From Minisyncoccia bacterium (GTDB taxonomy: Bacteria > Patescibacteriota > Minisyncoccia > Phycocordibacterales > UBA918): 64,000 nucleotides of DNA. A model generated the notes under the pieces. That model was not told the DNA's origin and did not search any database. It saw nothing but the letters and a program-made list of their open reading frames with translations. The stretch is taken from NCBI GenBank assembly GCA_046598345.1, contig JBKJIT010000004.1:329226-393225 (forward strand), read 5' to 3'. Below, in pieces: positions 37,294 to 47,029 of the stretch. The translations under genes were made by a program, and so were the position numbers. Each line of letters opens with the position of its first letter. The stretch's first letter is position 1.

Positions 37294-38349
37294 CTACACA
37301 TTTGCGTGCAAAATGGACACTTTCATCCCCGAAGACGAACTCTCATTCCGTATGATCGCATGGAGCTGATTGGCGAGTGCTCCAATTATACTCGTTCCTA
37401 AACCAGGAGTTGCTCCTCCCACATTTTCAGTCCCCCCAATCCCATTATCGGCGACACTTAGCATCCACCCCGTCGCATCAATTCTATACGTGACTGTGAT
37501 AATGCCTGGTCTATCATTAGGGAAAGCGTGTTTGATGGCATTAATTACGAGTTCAGTAGTAATGAGTCCAAAACTAATGGCGGTATCAGAGGACACAGAC
37601 CCTGCTCCTGCAGACACTTCAATAGAAATTGGCTTTCTGTCGCCAATCATAGAGCGCGCAAGACTCTTGCAGAGTGCTTGAAGATATATTGCAATTGCAA
37701 CATCTTCTCCCTTGTATATCGGATCGAGTTGCTGCTGGATATGCGCAATTGAGATGATTCGGTCATGCGCGTCTTCCAAATGCACTCTGCTCTCTGGAGA
37801 ATCAACCGTTGCGGCCTTGAGCGTAAGAACGCTGGCGATGAGCTGTAAGCTATTGGCGATCCTGTGCTTCATTTCCAAAAGCAGCAGATCTTTTTGCTTA
37901 AGTAGGTGTTCACGTTCCACTTCATGTGCACGCTTTTCAGTGATATCAAATATTGAAAGGAGCATTTTTTTCCTTCCATTGTCATACCGAATTTCCCGGG
38001 CATTGATAAGCATGACACGAAAACCAAGTAACGGAAAAAAATGCTCTACTTCATAATCAATTACGTTCGTGTGTTCTGGTATTACTTTTTCAAGGAGAGT
38101 TCGTAACGCAGCTATATTCCACTGTCCTTCACCTAAATCGTAGAAGAGTTTATTCTCAGTTGTGTCATGGGACACATTAAATTTCTCATAGAAAGAACGG
38201 CTTGCGACAATAATTCGCAGATTCTCATCCAGAACAATCAATGGCTCATGAATGGTGTCTATAATCGCGCGAGTGAGAATATGACCATCTTTTGGGTCAC
38301 CAAGTGGATCTGATCCAACTCGGTCTATTTCCATATCTATATAGTACAC
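37294..38349 (-). CDS. Cytoplasmic PAS-domain sensor histidine kinase, HisKA_2/HWE-type
   Basis: PAS region (IIDTIHEPLIVLDENLRIIVASRSF), H-box EMKHRIANSLQLIASVL, ATP-lid DNGIG..G.GLGTSII. Confidence 0.8.
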   Translation of the reverse strand: MYYIDMEIDRVGSDPLGDPKDGHILTRAIIDTIHEPLIVLDENLRIIVASRSFYEKFNVSHDTTENKLFYDLGEGQWNIAALRTLLEKVIPEHTNVIDYEVEHFFPLLGFRVMLINAREIRYDNGRKKMLLSIFDITEKRAHEVEREHLLKQKDLLLLEMKHRIANSLQLIASVLTLKAATVDSPESRVHLEDAHDRIISIAHIQQQLDPIYKGEDVAIAIYLQALCKSLARSMIGDRKPISIEVSAGAGSVSSDTAISFGLITTELVINAIKHAFPNDRPGIITVTYRIDATGWMLSVADNGIGGTENVGGATPGLGTSIIGALANQLHAIIRNESSSSGMKVSILHANV

Positions 38350-38468
38350 CTATTTAGCATGAAGGATAGGTGAAGAGCATAATTGAGGCGTATGGTGGGA
38401 GATGTATTCACCTCATGTTCATAAGCGACCACGTATCATGACTACTTTAAGAATTAAATTTACATTGT

Positions 38469-38936
38469 ATGAAAAACAACCCTATTACAATAATTAAAAA
38501 CGATCACAAGGTTGTGGAGGGACTTTTTAAGGAATACGAAGGGCTTGGAAACAGTGCTGAAGTTTCAAAACGAAAGGTAGCTGATCAAATCATTGAGGAA
38601 CTAAGCGTTCATGCTGAAATGGAAGAAGCTATTTGTTACCCTCGTTTTCAAGAAGCATTTACTAATGAGCAAGATGAGATGATCGAGGAAGCGTATGTCG
38701 AACACTCGGGGGTGAAGTCGATCTTAAGTGACCTCACAACACTTCAACCAGACCAACCTGAATTCGATGCGAATGTAAAAGTGCTGATGGAGCAGGTACG
38801 ACACCACGTGAAAGAAGAAGAGGGAGAAATGCTCCCTGCGGTTGAAAAAGAAATACCGCAAGAGATCCTTGCAACGATGGGCGATGAGATGGTCACATTT
38901 AAAGAAAAAATGGTAGGGGTGCAAGTGAGTGAATAA
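38469..38936 (+). CDS. Hemerythrin-like (HHE cation-binding) domain protein
   Basis: IIKNDHKVVEGLF...HAEMEEAICYP...YVEHSGVK...HHVKEEEGEMLP (His/Glu ligand spacing). Confidence 0.7.
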   Translation: MKNNPITIIKNDHKVVEGLFKEYEGLGNSAEVSKRKVADQIIEELSVHAEMEEAICYPRFQEAFTNEQDEMIEEAYVEHSGVKSILSDLTTLQPDQPEFDANVKVLMEQVRHHVKEEEGEMLPAVEKEIPQEILATMGDEMVTFKEKMVGVQVSE

Positions 38937-39013
38937 ATCAGTATGAGATTTAGTGTATCCACCCTAAGTCTTTCGAACTCGGGTGAGGATTTTCGTGATA
39001 CCATTCAAAGATC

Positions 39014-39364
39014 ATGATAAAACCTCGGATATATACAATGAGCTTCGCACGTGTCTACCCACTCTATGTCGCTAAAGCGGAGAAAAAAGGGCGCACGAAA
39101 GCAGAAGTCGATGAAATCATACGGTGGCTCACTGGATATACCGAAAAGAAGTTAGGGGTACACATCAAAAAGCTGACTGATTTTGAAACCTTCTTTGCGA
39201 AAGCTCCTAAAATGAATCCCTCGCGGTCTATGATCACGGGTGTGGTTTGTGGTATCCGTGTGGAAGACATCAAAGAACCAACGATGCGAGAAATTCGATA
39301 CTTGGATAAATTAATTGACGAGCTAGCCAAAGGTAAAACAATGGAAAAGATATTGAGAAAGTGA
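39014..39364 (+). CDS. DUF2200-like small protein
   Basis: [35 protein letters not shown]-terminal signature. Confidence 0.45.
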   Translation: MIKPRIYTMSFARVYPLYVAKAEKKGRTKAEVDEIIRWLTGYTEKKLGVHIKKLTDFETFFAKAPKMNPSRSMITGVVCGIRVEDIKEPTMREIRYLDKLIDELAKGKTMEKILRK

Positions 39365-39569
39365 CTGTAGTCGAAGGACCACAATACAACTTTCCTTACC
39401 GAGACTCCCTTTCAAAGATTTAGTTCGACAATCTACGACTCAAATGCGAAGCATTTGAGTCGTAATGAAGAATGTATACATGTAAAATCTGCTTACATCA
39501 TATAGTTAGTAAAAATGTAGTTAATAAATATTTTTTACTTCCAGAACAAATTGCAAAATATGATTCGAG

Positions 39570-40064
39570 CTATTCAGGGATGTAGTCTTCAAGTGAGCCC
39601 GGGGGTAGATCTTTACTATTTTCAGAAAGGAGTGCGAGAGTCTTTAGATACCCAGCAAGATCTCGGGGACTTACCCCCTTGAGGAGAGGGGTTAGATTCC
39701 TGCGCACTTCATCTTCGATACGTGTAATATTAGCCTTTCCCTTTTTCGAAAGACTCAAAATCTTCTCACGTTTATCCTCTCCTTGCTCAACAATAATCCA
39801 ACCACTTGATTCTGCTTTCACAATGAGTCGACTAACTAGCGGGGGCTGCACACCAAGGGTTTCAGCAACTTCAGTTGAACGGACACCATTTTTATGGTGC
39901 GAGATAATACCAATAATTGCCCATTCTGCTGTAGTGAGCCCTTCTGGCTTTAAGACCGCTGCCGTCATTTGCTTGAGTGTCCGATATCCACGCGCCTGAA
40001 TAAGGCCTATATCATAGGTTGTGCGATTCTTTGCAATAAGGAGAATATCTCTAAGGAGGCTCAT
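39570..40064 (-). CDS. MarR-family transcriptional regulator
   Basis: wHTH: LTTAEWAIIGIISHHKNGVRSTEVAETLGVQPPLVSRLIVKAESSGWIIVEQGEDKREKILSLSKKG. Start chosen at MSLLRDILL to avoid overlap with the upstream gene. Confidence 0.75.
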   Translation of the reverse strand: MSLLRDILLIAKNRTTYDIGLIQARGYRTLKQMTAAVLKPEGLTTAEWAIIGIISHHKNGVRSTEVAETLGVQPPLVSRLIVKAESSGWIIVEQGEDKREKILSLSKKGKANITRIEDEVRRNLTPLLKGVSPRDLAGYLKTLALLSENSKDLPPGSLEDYIPE

Positions 40065-40107
40065 ACAGACAGTGTATACGAAAGATTTAAAAATGTAAGT
40101 TGTATTA

Positions 40108-40962
40108 TTACAAGGCCCCGATACTGCGTTCAACAAACCACAGGAGAGCTACAAGTGAGATGCTAACCGCAAATATTTTAATTGCAGTTGTGTACCAAAC
40201 TCTGTTTCTGAAATACAGTATGACAGGGAGTGCGAGTCCTATGATAACAAGTTGACCAATTTCTATCCCAATATTAAATGCAAGGAGTGAAGATACGAAT
40301 GCATGTTCTGGAATAGCAATTTCCTCCAAAAGACCTGCAAACCCCAGTCCGTGAAAAAGTCCAAAGAAAAATACGATACTTACTTTACTCCAGTCGCTTT
40401 TAAAAATTCGGGACTTACCAAAAAATACGGTACTAATTGCCATGACAGCTATTGAGAGGGCGATGAGTGGCTCGACAATTGTTGGAGAGAGTACAGCAAC
40501 ACCCGTTCCAGCAAGAATGAGAGTGACTGAATGAGCAATAGTAAATGCGGTTGCAAGTGTAAGTATTTCCCATGCAGAAACAAATACGAGAAGCAATGTC
40601 AGTACAAAAAGAATGTGATCGGCCCCTACGAGGATATGATGTACCCCAAGTTTCGCGAAATCATACGCGTTATCGAAGAATCCACTTTCTGGATTCTTAA
40701 TAATGCTCAGTATTTCTTCCGTTGAACTATTCGCAAATTTTTCAGCGATTTTCGGATCTTGGGTTAGTGCGAAGGTACGCATATCCTCTTGCGTTGCGTC
40801 AGGATTCTGTTTTATATATTCCACAACTTCTTTTGGCAATAATTCATGCGCTAATGAAATTGTACTTTGCCCAAAAATAAAGAGAAGGAAAAAAACTTGA
40901 AACGCATACCGTACAGTACGGCTGCTCAATAAGGAGAAAGCTGATTTTTCTACCATAATCAT
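40108..40962 (-). CDS. HupE/UreJ-family membrane protein (putative Ni/Co transporter)
   Basis: Signal/TM, GADHILFVL and FGLFHGLGFA motifs, 6 TM helices. Confidence 0.6.
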   Translation of the reverse strand: MIMVEKSAFSLLSSRTVRYAFQVFFLLFIFGQSTISLAHELLPKEVVEYIKQNPDATQEDMRTFALTQDPKIAEKFANSSTEEILSIIKNPESGFFDNAYDFAKLGVHHILVGADHILFVLTLLLVFVSAWEILTLATAFTIAHSVTLILAGTGVAVLSPTIVEPLIALSIAVMAISTVFFGKSRIFKSDWSKVSIVFFFGLFHGLGFAGLLEEIAIPEHAFVSSLLAFNIGIEIGQLVIIGLALPVILYFRNRVWYTTAIKIFAVSISLVALLWFVERSIGAL

Positions 40963-42200
40963 AAAGTATCTTTCGGAAACAATTCTTGTGCTTCACTCGT
41001 TTTGCTTACCCCCTCGTTAATCATTTCCGCATGAAGAAACAGGGTCTTATCATATCCTCCTAAACGTAGTGCTTCAGCGCTCAATGCTTTGGCTTTTTCA
41101 ATTTGATTATTTTTGAAAAGTGCCCATGCATACGCGTCTGCCGTGAATATTGTTTTACGATCGTTATAGACCTTCTCCGCAAGTCGGAGCGCTTCTCCGG
41201 AATCACCATGGTCTGCAAGGAAAAGTGAGTATTCTAGATCCACATTGGTTTCTTTTGCGTTCCTATACGCGAGGTCAGCAAGTGCGTACTGCTGTGTTGC
41301 GTTTGTGATATCTCCTTCCGCTTCATAAAATGTACCAAGCGTAATAGCGTACGCAGCTATTGGAAGCGAGACAAATGCTCGTTGATAGTAATCAAGTGCT
41401 TCGTCCTTTTTTCCTTCTGCATATGCCACACGCCCAAGCCCTTCAAATGCCGGTGCATATTCAGGGAAGAAAGTAAATGCGCGTTCGAAATCCTGCGCTG
41501 CACCTCTCAGGTCACTTAGTAAACGCAATTTACCTGACTCTACATGCGCCCACGCTATATTTTCTGAATGCACACTGCCGGCTGAAATTGCCGCCTCAAG
41601 GGCCTCGAGTGCACCTTCAGTGTCTCCATAGAGTTCACGATGATACGCAATGCGTGAAAATGAACTAAAGTCAGGTTTCAAGTCAACCATTGTTTGGAGA
41701 GAGCGGAGCGACTCATCGTACATTCCAAGCTCAATTTCACTATCACTTTTGATTCCAAAATACGCGGCATGCTTTGAATTTAATTGGATTGCTTTATGTA
41801 TGTACTCAAGACCTTTTTTGAAATCGTGACGACCGTTTGCAACCTCAGCACGTTTTGCAAAAATCTCAGCAGTATCTCCATGAGTACCTTCAAGGGTCTC
41901 AAGCACGTCTTCTATCTTCGTATAGAGAGCCGTATCTGCAGTCTCTCGTATTTCTTGAAGATATGCATTAGTAAGTAAAATACCAGTATCGATGTTTTCT
42001 CGTTCATCTCTAAACTTGCTCTCTAAAATTCCTATTGATGATTCAGCGGCAACTTTCTTTTCAACACTATTTACTTGAAACCATACAAAAAGCACGCTGA
42101 CTACTATCGCAATAACTCCGGCAAAGATAAAAATATGTGTATTCCGTTTTTGCATAAAAAAGTGTGAAGAATCCATATAACACTCGATAAATGGGCGCAT
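40959..42200 (-). CDS. TPR-repeat protein with N-terminal TM anchor
   Basis: Multiple 34-aa TPR-like units (AYAWALFKNNQIEKAKALSAEALRLGG...). Confidence 0.75.
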   Translation of the reverse strand: MRPFIECYMDSSHFFMQKRNTHIFIFAGVIAIVVSVLFVWFQVNSVEKKVAAESSIGILESKFRDERENIDTGILLTNAYLQEIRETADTALYTKIEDVLETLEGTHGDTAEIFAKRAEVANGRHDFKKGLEYIHKAIQLNSKHAAYFGIKSDSEIELGMYDESLRSLQTMVDLKPDFSSFSRIAYHRELYGDTEGALEALEAAISAGSVHSENIAWAHVESGKLRLLSDLRGAAQDFERAFTFFPEYAPAFEGLGRVAYAEGKKDEALDYYQRAFVSLPIAAYAITLGTFYEAEGDITNATQQYALADLAYRNAKETNVDLEYSLFLADHGDSGEALRLAEKVYNDRKTIFTADAYAWALFKNNQIEKAKALSAEALRLGGYDKTLFLHAEMINEGVSKTSEAQELFPKDTL

Positions 42201-42230
42201 ATGCGCCCATTTATGTGAGTGCCGTTACTT

Positions 42231-43697
42231 TTAATGAGGCATTGAGTCGAATCCGTTCCACGGCAGTGCGAGATACGGGAATGATGTTCGGAAGCTGGCG
42301 TCATTTGTATCGACACCATCTCCGAGTTGTGAAGCGAGGGGATCAGGTGTAAATCCGGCATGGAAGAGCGGATATGCCGCACCTGCTACAGCACGGATAG
42401 AGATATCGGTTACATCATCTGCAAGACGACGTCCATTTGGATACCCCTGATTGTCACCAGCAAGTACACCAAGTGCATTAGGTGACGAAGTAGGTGGAAC
42501 AGCGAGGTTTACACGAAGCTGCTCAGAAGGTGTCACTGTTGCAGTTTTCGTAAGGCCTGTCACTCCAGTGAGGAAGATTGCAATGAGATCGTCGCGCTGT
42601 GAAGCACTCCCAAATGCACCTTGTGGGGGAACAGCAATCCCATAGAGAGCATTCAACAGAACACCAAGCTCTGGGTTTGCTACATACTCAGCAAATTGTG
42701 CGTCATCTACTGGTTTCGACGCATTCCACACATCTTTATCACCGAGTGGAATAACAACTTCGTTTACAAGTGGCGCACCAAGGCGCGATACCTGTACCCA
42801 TTTGCCATCTTTCTGTTTTTGCTCCTTGCCGCTATTACCTCGAAGCACAGACATTGCTTGACGTGATGAAGTTGTCCATACACCAACCACCGCATCCTCA
42901 CTTGATACTGATGCGGGCATGCTACCTGAGCTTGTAAGATCACTAATTGGGACTTGTATAGCGATTGACTGGACATTGTAGCCTTTAAGACCATCTACTC
43001 CACCTCCAGCATTTCCAGGAAGCGTACGAATAGTGAGAAGATCAAAGAGGCCACCAATATCTGCGAAGAATGGGTCATCACTTTGTCCAGCAAACACCTG
43101 TCCACCACCAGCAAGTGTTTTTACTGCCTCTTCCTGTAGCTCATCATAATCTGGTGTCGACTTTGGTCCTACATTTGATGGCGGTACTGGTACATTTGCC
43201 GCAAGTACAGTATTAATTGGCTTGCCATGTTCAGGATATTCAACACGAGTAACCGTATAGGTTTGTCTTAAGTTGAAGTCTGAATCGGTCAGTGAAGTAA
43301 TTGGACCGGTATTGTAGAGGAACGTATTGGGATTCTGTAATGTGGTCTTGAATCTAAATTGATACGAAATATTCTCTTTCGCGTCCCCATCATTATCAAT
43401 TTTAATTTCGTAGAGCACATTGTCATCAAATGAGTAGAAATTCGGACCGCCCGCTGGTTCCTCAAACGGCAGATAGTTTGCAATAAGTGTCGCAGTCGTT
43501 GGGGCGTCTGGACTCACAAATGCGTACAGATCTGTCGCGTCTGCTTTTGGATCTCCACTAATGATCGGGGCTTCTCTATGGCTTGATGCATTTGAGAGAC
43601 TCGCGAGCCCCAATGATCCAAGCACTATACTAAGGACAACTATAACCGTAATGCTTTTAATATTTGTTTTTTGTATTGATTGTGCATTCATAATCAC
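42231..43697 (-). CDS. Secreted protein resembling the DUF4331 family
   Basis: Signal peptide followed by ASSHREAPIISGDP, then LYAFVSPD; ~480 aa. Confidence 0.5.
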   Translation of the reverse strand: MIMNAQSIQKTNIKSITVIVVLSIVLGSLGLASLSNASSHREAPIISGDPKADATDLYAFVSPDAPTTATLIANYLPFEEPAGGPNFYSFDDNVLYEIKIDNDGDAKENISYQFRFKTTLQNPNTFLYNTGPITSLTDSDFNLRQTYTVTRVEYPEHGKPINTVLAANVPVPPSNVGPKSTPDYDELQEEAVKTLAGGGQVFAGQSDDPFFADIGGLFDLLTIRTLPGNAGGGVDGLKGYNVQSIAIQVPISDLTSSGSMPASVSSEDAVVGVWTTSSRQAMSVLRGNSGKEQKQKDGKWVQVSRLGAPLVNEVVIPLGDKDVWNASKPVDDAQFAEYVANPELGVLLNALYGIAVPPQGAFGSASQRDDLIAIFLTGVTGLTKTATVTPSEQLRVNLAVPPTSSPNALGVLAGDNQGYPNGRRLADDVTDISIRAVAGAAYPLFHAGFTPDPLASQLGDGVDTNDASFRTSFPYLALPWNGFDSMPH

Positions 43698-44046
43698 GAA
43701 TATTAGTTAATTATTTTAATAAACTTAGTTAAGTATATTACTTATCTTAGTTAAGTAAATAGGACATGTGTGTTCTAGTACACTAAGGTACACACGTACC
43801 AAAGATTTTTAAATACTAGAGTAAGAATTAACACTAATTCCTGAACACAGTTAAGTATCACCAATTTAAAATGAGGGCAACGTGAAGCTTATATTTCTTT
43901 TTATTAATGGGAAAAAATCTGATGAAATAACTGCTACAAATTTTTAATTTAAATTTGATACCCTTCCGATGAAGGTGATGACCGTCATGAGCAAGGTCAA
44001 TTTCCGGGTTTTTTACAAATAAATTATTCTCTGAATCTTAGGAACA

Positions 44047-44301
44047 TTAGCTCAAGAAAAGATAGAAACCGGTAAGTAGTAGTATCTGAATGGAAATCGC
44101 TAATAGAAACTTCTTGAGACCAATAGTTGCAAGGCTCGATACATATACAACTAAAGAAGCGGCATAGACGACCACTGCAGTTACCATGACTATGAGCAAA
44201 TTTGGACCTTCAGGATCGTTGAAAAACCAAAACAATGCCCTTGAACATAGGATAGCAACTATGCCCAAAATGAATAACAAAGATTTTTCTGATTGGAACA
44301 T
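44047..44301 (-). CDS. Small membrane protein (2 TM)
   Basis: 84-aa hydrophobic ORF. Confidence 0.4.
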   Translation of the reverse strand: MFQSEKSLLFILGIVAILCSRALFWFFNDPEGPNLLIVMVTAVVVYAASLVVYVSSLATIGLKKFLLAISIQILLLTGFYLFLS

Positions 44302-44490
44302 ATTTCTAATTATATTAGAAAATGTGCATGCTTGCTGTCCGGGACATCGTACACGCTTTGCAACAAAAACGCCCCAACTCTCTGATGGTTGGGGTCGTTA
44401 GCTATCATTCTAGTGCACTTAGGAAAGAATACTACTGTGCACAAGAGTTTCCATGTTCGAAAGCCTTTCCACGTCATCTTCTTTTCGCGC

Positions 44491-44742
44491 CTACTTCCCG
44501 CGTACCAACTTCACAATTGCAAGTAGTACCACCGCACCCACAACCGCAACCATAAAGCTGTACAGGTTGAAACCACTGACTCCTCCTTCTCCAAAAAAGT
44601 TCATGATATATCCCCCCAAAACTGCCCCGATAACGCCTACTACGATATTGAGAATGATACCCTGTTGGCCGTCAGTGCCCATAATAAGTGAGCCGATCCA
44701 GCCCGCAATTCCTCCGAATAAGACCCATGCTAGAATTCCCAT
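44491..44742 (-). CDS. GlsB/YeaQ/YmgE-family stress-response membrane protein
   Basis: MGILAWVLFGGIAGWIGSLIMG...ILNIVVGVIGAVLGGYI (transglycosylase-associated family signature). Confidence 0.75.
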   Translation of the reverse strand: MGILAWVLFGGIAGWIGSLIMGTDGQQGIILNIVVGVIGAVLGGYIMNFFGEGGVSGFNLYSFMVAVVGAVVLLAIVKLVRGK

Positions 44743-44779
44743 AATTTTATTTTAATATATTAATTATAACTTCCGTTCC

Positions 44780-45118
44780 TTATTCTGTCAGTTTCGTATC
44801 AGCCTCAGACGCAGAGACTGACTTACTCATGATAAACAGTTTAATGATGGCCACAGCGAAGAGCCAGTAAACCAACATCGCAAGAAGCGTGGTCCACTCA
44901 AACACACTGCTCTCAACTCTCATATTCTTAAAGACGGCCACGAACGGGAGTGTGAACACGCCCGAGAGAGTGTATATGAAATTGGTAAAAAATGCTTCTG
45001 GATTCGCTTGAAGTAGTTTCAGAACAAACCGAATCGCAAGTAGTGCTTCGATTACTGATAGTACATACCACACGATTTGGGTTCCTCGATAGAGGGGACG
45101 ACTTGATTCACTTATCAT
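44780..45118 (-). CDS. YggT-like small membrane protein
   Basis: Pattern LLAIRFVLKLLQANP...TLPFVAVFKNM...LLAMLVYWL. Confidence 0.45.
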   Translation of the reverse strand: MISESSRPLYRGTQIVWYVLSVIEALLAIRFVLKLLQANPEAFFTNFIYTLSGVFTLPFVAVFKNMRVESSVFEWTTLLAMLVYWLFAVAIIKLFIMSKSVSASEADTKLTE

Positions 45119-45273
45119 AGTTTTTTGTTAGAGCAGTTACGTTCGACTGCTAATGTGCAATCCTAAGTACGTAATATAGACGTTTCTTCTGCTTATGCTG
45201 CTTATGTATAATTTTACACTAATCGATGGCAAATAGCTTCTGTTTGGACTGCGTGGAGAGACGCTGTTACAAC

Positions 45274-45690
45274 TTAACGTTGACCAGCCTCGAGAATAGG
45301 AAGACCAGCTTCTGTTGGAACATAAATTACATTATCGTTGTCAGCGAGTTTATCAATCCAAAGATACCGTAAGTATGATTCGTTCCCCTGCAAGCTATTT
45401 GCGATGATACTGTTTGCTTCTGCAATACCTCGTGCTCTGATTATTTCCGCCTCAGATTCCGCAGTCGCTTGTTTAATTCGAGCCTCCGCATTCATTGTCG
45501 CCGCATCATTTTGTGCACGTGCCTGCTCAATAAGAATTTTCTTTTCCCACTCTTGTTGTCTTAGATTTGCTTGCCCTGCTAAATCCTGACGATAGATACG
45601 ATACTTAGGCATTCCCCACATCCATACAGTTATCACTAGTATAAGTACCAGTACAATTGCAATAATCTTATTAGTTGAGCCAGCTTTCAT
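45274..45690 (-). CDS. Membrane protein with SPFH/band-7 C-terminal-like region (truncated relative to canonical stomatin/HflC)
   Basis: N-terminal TM, then EAEIIRARGIAEANSIIANSLQGNESYLRYLWIDKL...NVIYVP. Confidence 0.45.
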   Translation of the reverse strand: MKAGSTNKIIAIVLVLILVITVWMWGMPKYRIYRQDLAGQANLRQQEWEKKILIEQARAQNDAATMNAEARIKQATAESEAEIIRARGIAEANSIIANSLQGNESYLRYLWIDKLADNDNVIYVPTEAGLPILEAGQR

Positions 45691-45910
45691 AAAATTTGAA
45701 GTAAATATTAAATTTAGTTAACTAAATCATTAATACTAAAAACTGTCGAGCTGGATGCTGATAGCTCCTCAGGGTTACCCTGTGGCAACAGATCCAGCCC
45801 CTTACCATTTCATGGAAAGACAAGTCTCACGTTTTTTCACCCTCAAAACAGCCGTCAAGTGTCACTACATTCCACATAATAAGTTTTCTCATGTCCTTAG
45901 TTTACTGATA

Positions 45911-46330
45911 TTACCAATTTAAATACGTAATAGTAAACTGCAAGATAGTTGCGAACGACACCCAGAGTAGATACGGAATATTTGCATACATTACCCAAGG
46001 TACGTAGGGATGAATGGCATACAACGCCCAGAAAAGAGTGCCGAGTACAAGTACAATATCAAACGCCGCAAGAAAGTTATTCTGAAGGCCAAATTGCAAG
46101 GGGGTAAAAGCAAAGTTGAAAACAAGATTAAGAATAAACGGAAGTAGAACAATGAAAGGCACAGTCCCTTTAAAATATAAATAAATTACGTAACCAAAAG
46201 ACACTGCTATGACTGCATAGAGAACACTCCATACGGGACCGAACAACCATGAAGGTGGTGCCCATTCGGGCTTGATTAGTTCTTGATACCATGAGTTCGC
46301 TTGCATAGCCAAAGTATAACAAAGTTCCAC
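45911..46330 (-). CDS. tspO: TspO/MBR tryptophan-rich sensory protein
   Basis: WYQELIKPEWAPPSWLFGPVWSVLYAVIAVSFGYVIY, 5 TM helices. Confidence 0.8.
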   Translation of the reverse strand: MELCYTLAMQANSWYQELIKPEWAPPSWLFGPVWSVLYAVIAVSFGYVIYLYFKGTVPFIVLLPFILNLVFNFAFTPLQFGLQNNFLAAFDIVLVLGTLFWALYAIHPYVPWVMYANIPYLLWVSFATILQFTITYLNW

Positions 46331-46397
46331 TGACGAAGCTGAATACTGCTTTCAGCAGGATTCTATTCCAGAATAGTCCTCGGACTCGGATGGCTTC

Positions 46398-46554
46398 TCT
46401 ATACATAGGTCTCTATACATAGGTCAGCCCTATCTATACATAGGTCAGCCCTATGACAACAGATCTTTAGTGCTTTGTCGAGCTGGTGAGTTGTCTGTTC
46501 AGGACGGTGTTAGAACTTTACTATGCCATAGGTCAGCCCTATGGCAACAGATCG
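46398..46554. repeat. Cluster of short repeats: 3 copies of 15-bp palindrome ATAGGTCAGCCCTAT plus CTATG(A/G)CAACAGATC motif
   Basis: Palindromes at 46419-46433, 46440-46454 and 46528-46542. Motif at 46451-46465 and 46539-46553; a further copy sits at 45780-45794 on the far side of tspO. Confidence 0.7.
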
Positions 46555-46622
46555 AAATGAGAGTTGCTGAAGAATTTGAGGAGCAGACTAATCTTGAAAG
46601 TGAAGCAACTCACGTTGAGCAC

Positions 46623-47021
46623 CTAGCTAAAATTAATTATGAAGTTATACATACCCATACTGCATGTTCCTTGCAGTGGAGTACCTGCTGCAGGCGTACC
46701 TACATCAATAATCTCTTCTCCCGTCTGAGCTAATGTTTTTTGATACCCCACTGACCGTATCACCAATGATGACGAGCAGTCATATGTACCGTCAGTTTTG
46801 ATGATTAACTTTGTAGGAATGCCAGCTTTTGCGGTAGACACTTCTGGTGAGTAACCACCCTTTGCTTCAATCGTCACATACTGGATGCCGTCTCTTATTT
46901 CTACATTTGGCGACTCTTGATTCGATATGGAATCTGTACCACTTTTTGTACCACCAACAAAAATGATACCTATACCAATGACCAGCCCTAGCGTGATAAT
47001 GATTGAAGCGGTTTTATTCAT
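46623..47021 (-). CDS. Cupredoxin-like small secreted/membrane-anchored protein (putative Cu-binding, non-canonical ligands)
   Basis: N-terminal TM/signal, beta-rich. GTCSMGMY Cys/Met motif. Last gene of the copper operon. Confidence 0.5.
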   Translation of the reverse strand: MNKTASIIITLGLVIGIGIIFVGGTKSGTDSISNQESPNVEIRDGIQYVTIEAKGGYSPEVSTAKAGIPTKLIIKTDGTYDCSSSLVIRSVGYQKTLAQTGEEIIDVGTPAAGTPLQGTCSMGMYNFIINFS

Positions 47022-47029
47022 ACAGTTAA

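Noticed and set aside
46398-46554. Possible mini-CRISPR array
   Set aside because: The repeat units are 15-22 bp, irregularly spaced, and partially overlapping or tandem without unique spacers. There are no cas genes nearby. Protein-binding repeats are more likely.
45780-46554. Copy of the tRNA-Gln 3' end as a distal att site for a copper island
   Set aside because: I compared ggctggggtacaaggactcgaacc with the repeat clusters flanking tspO and the end of the copper operon and found no match. Island boundaries are therefore not supported.
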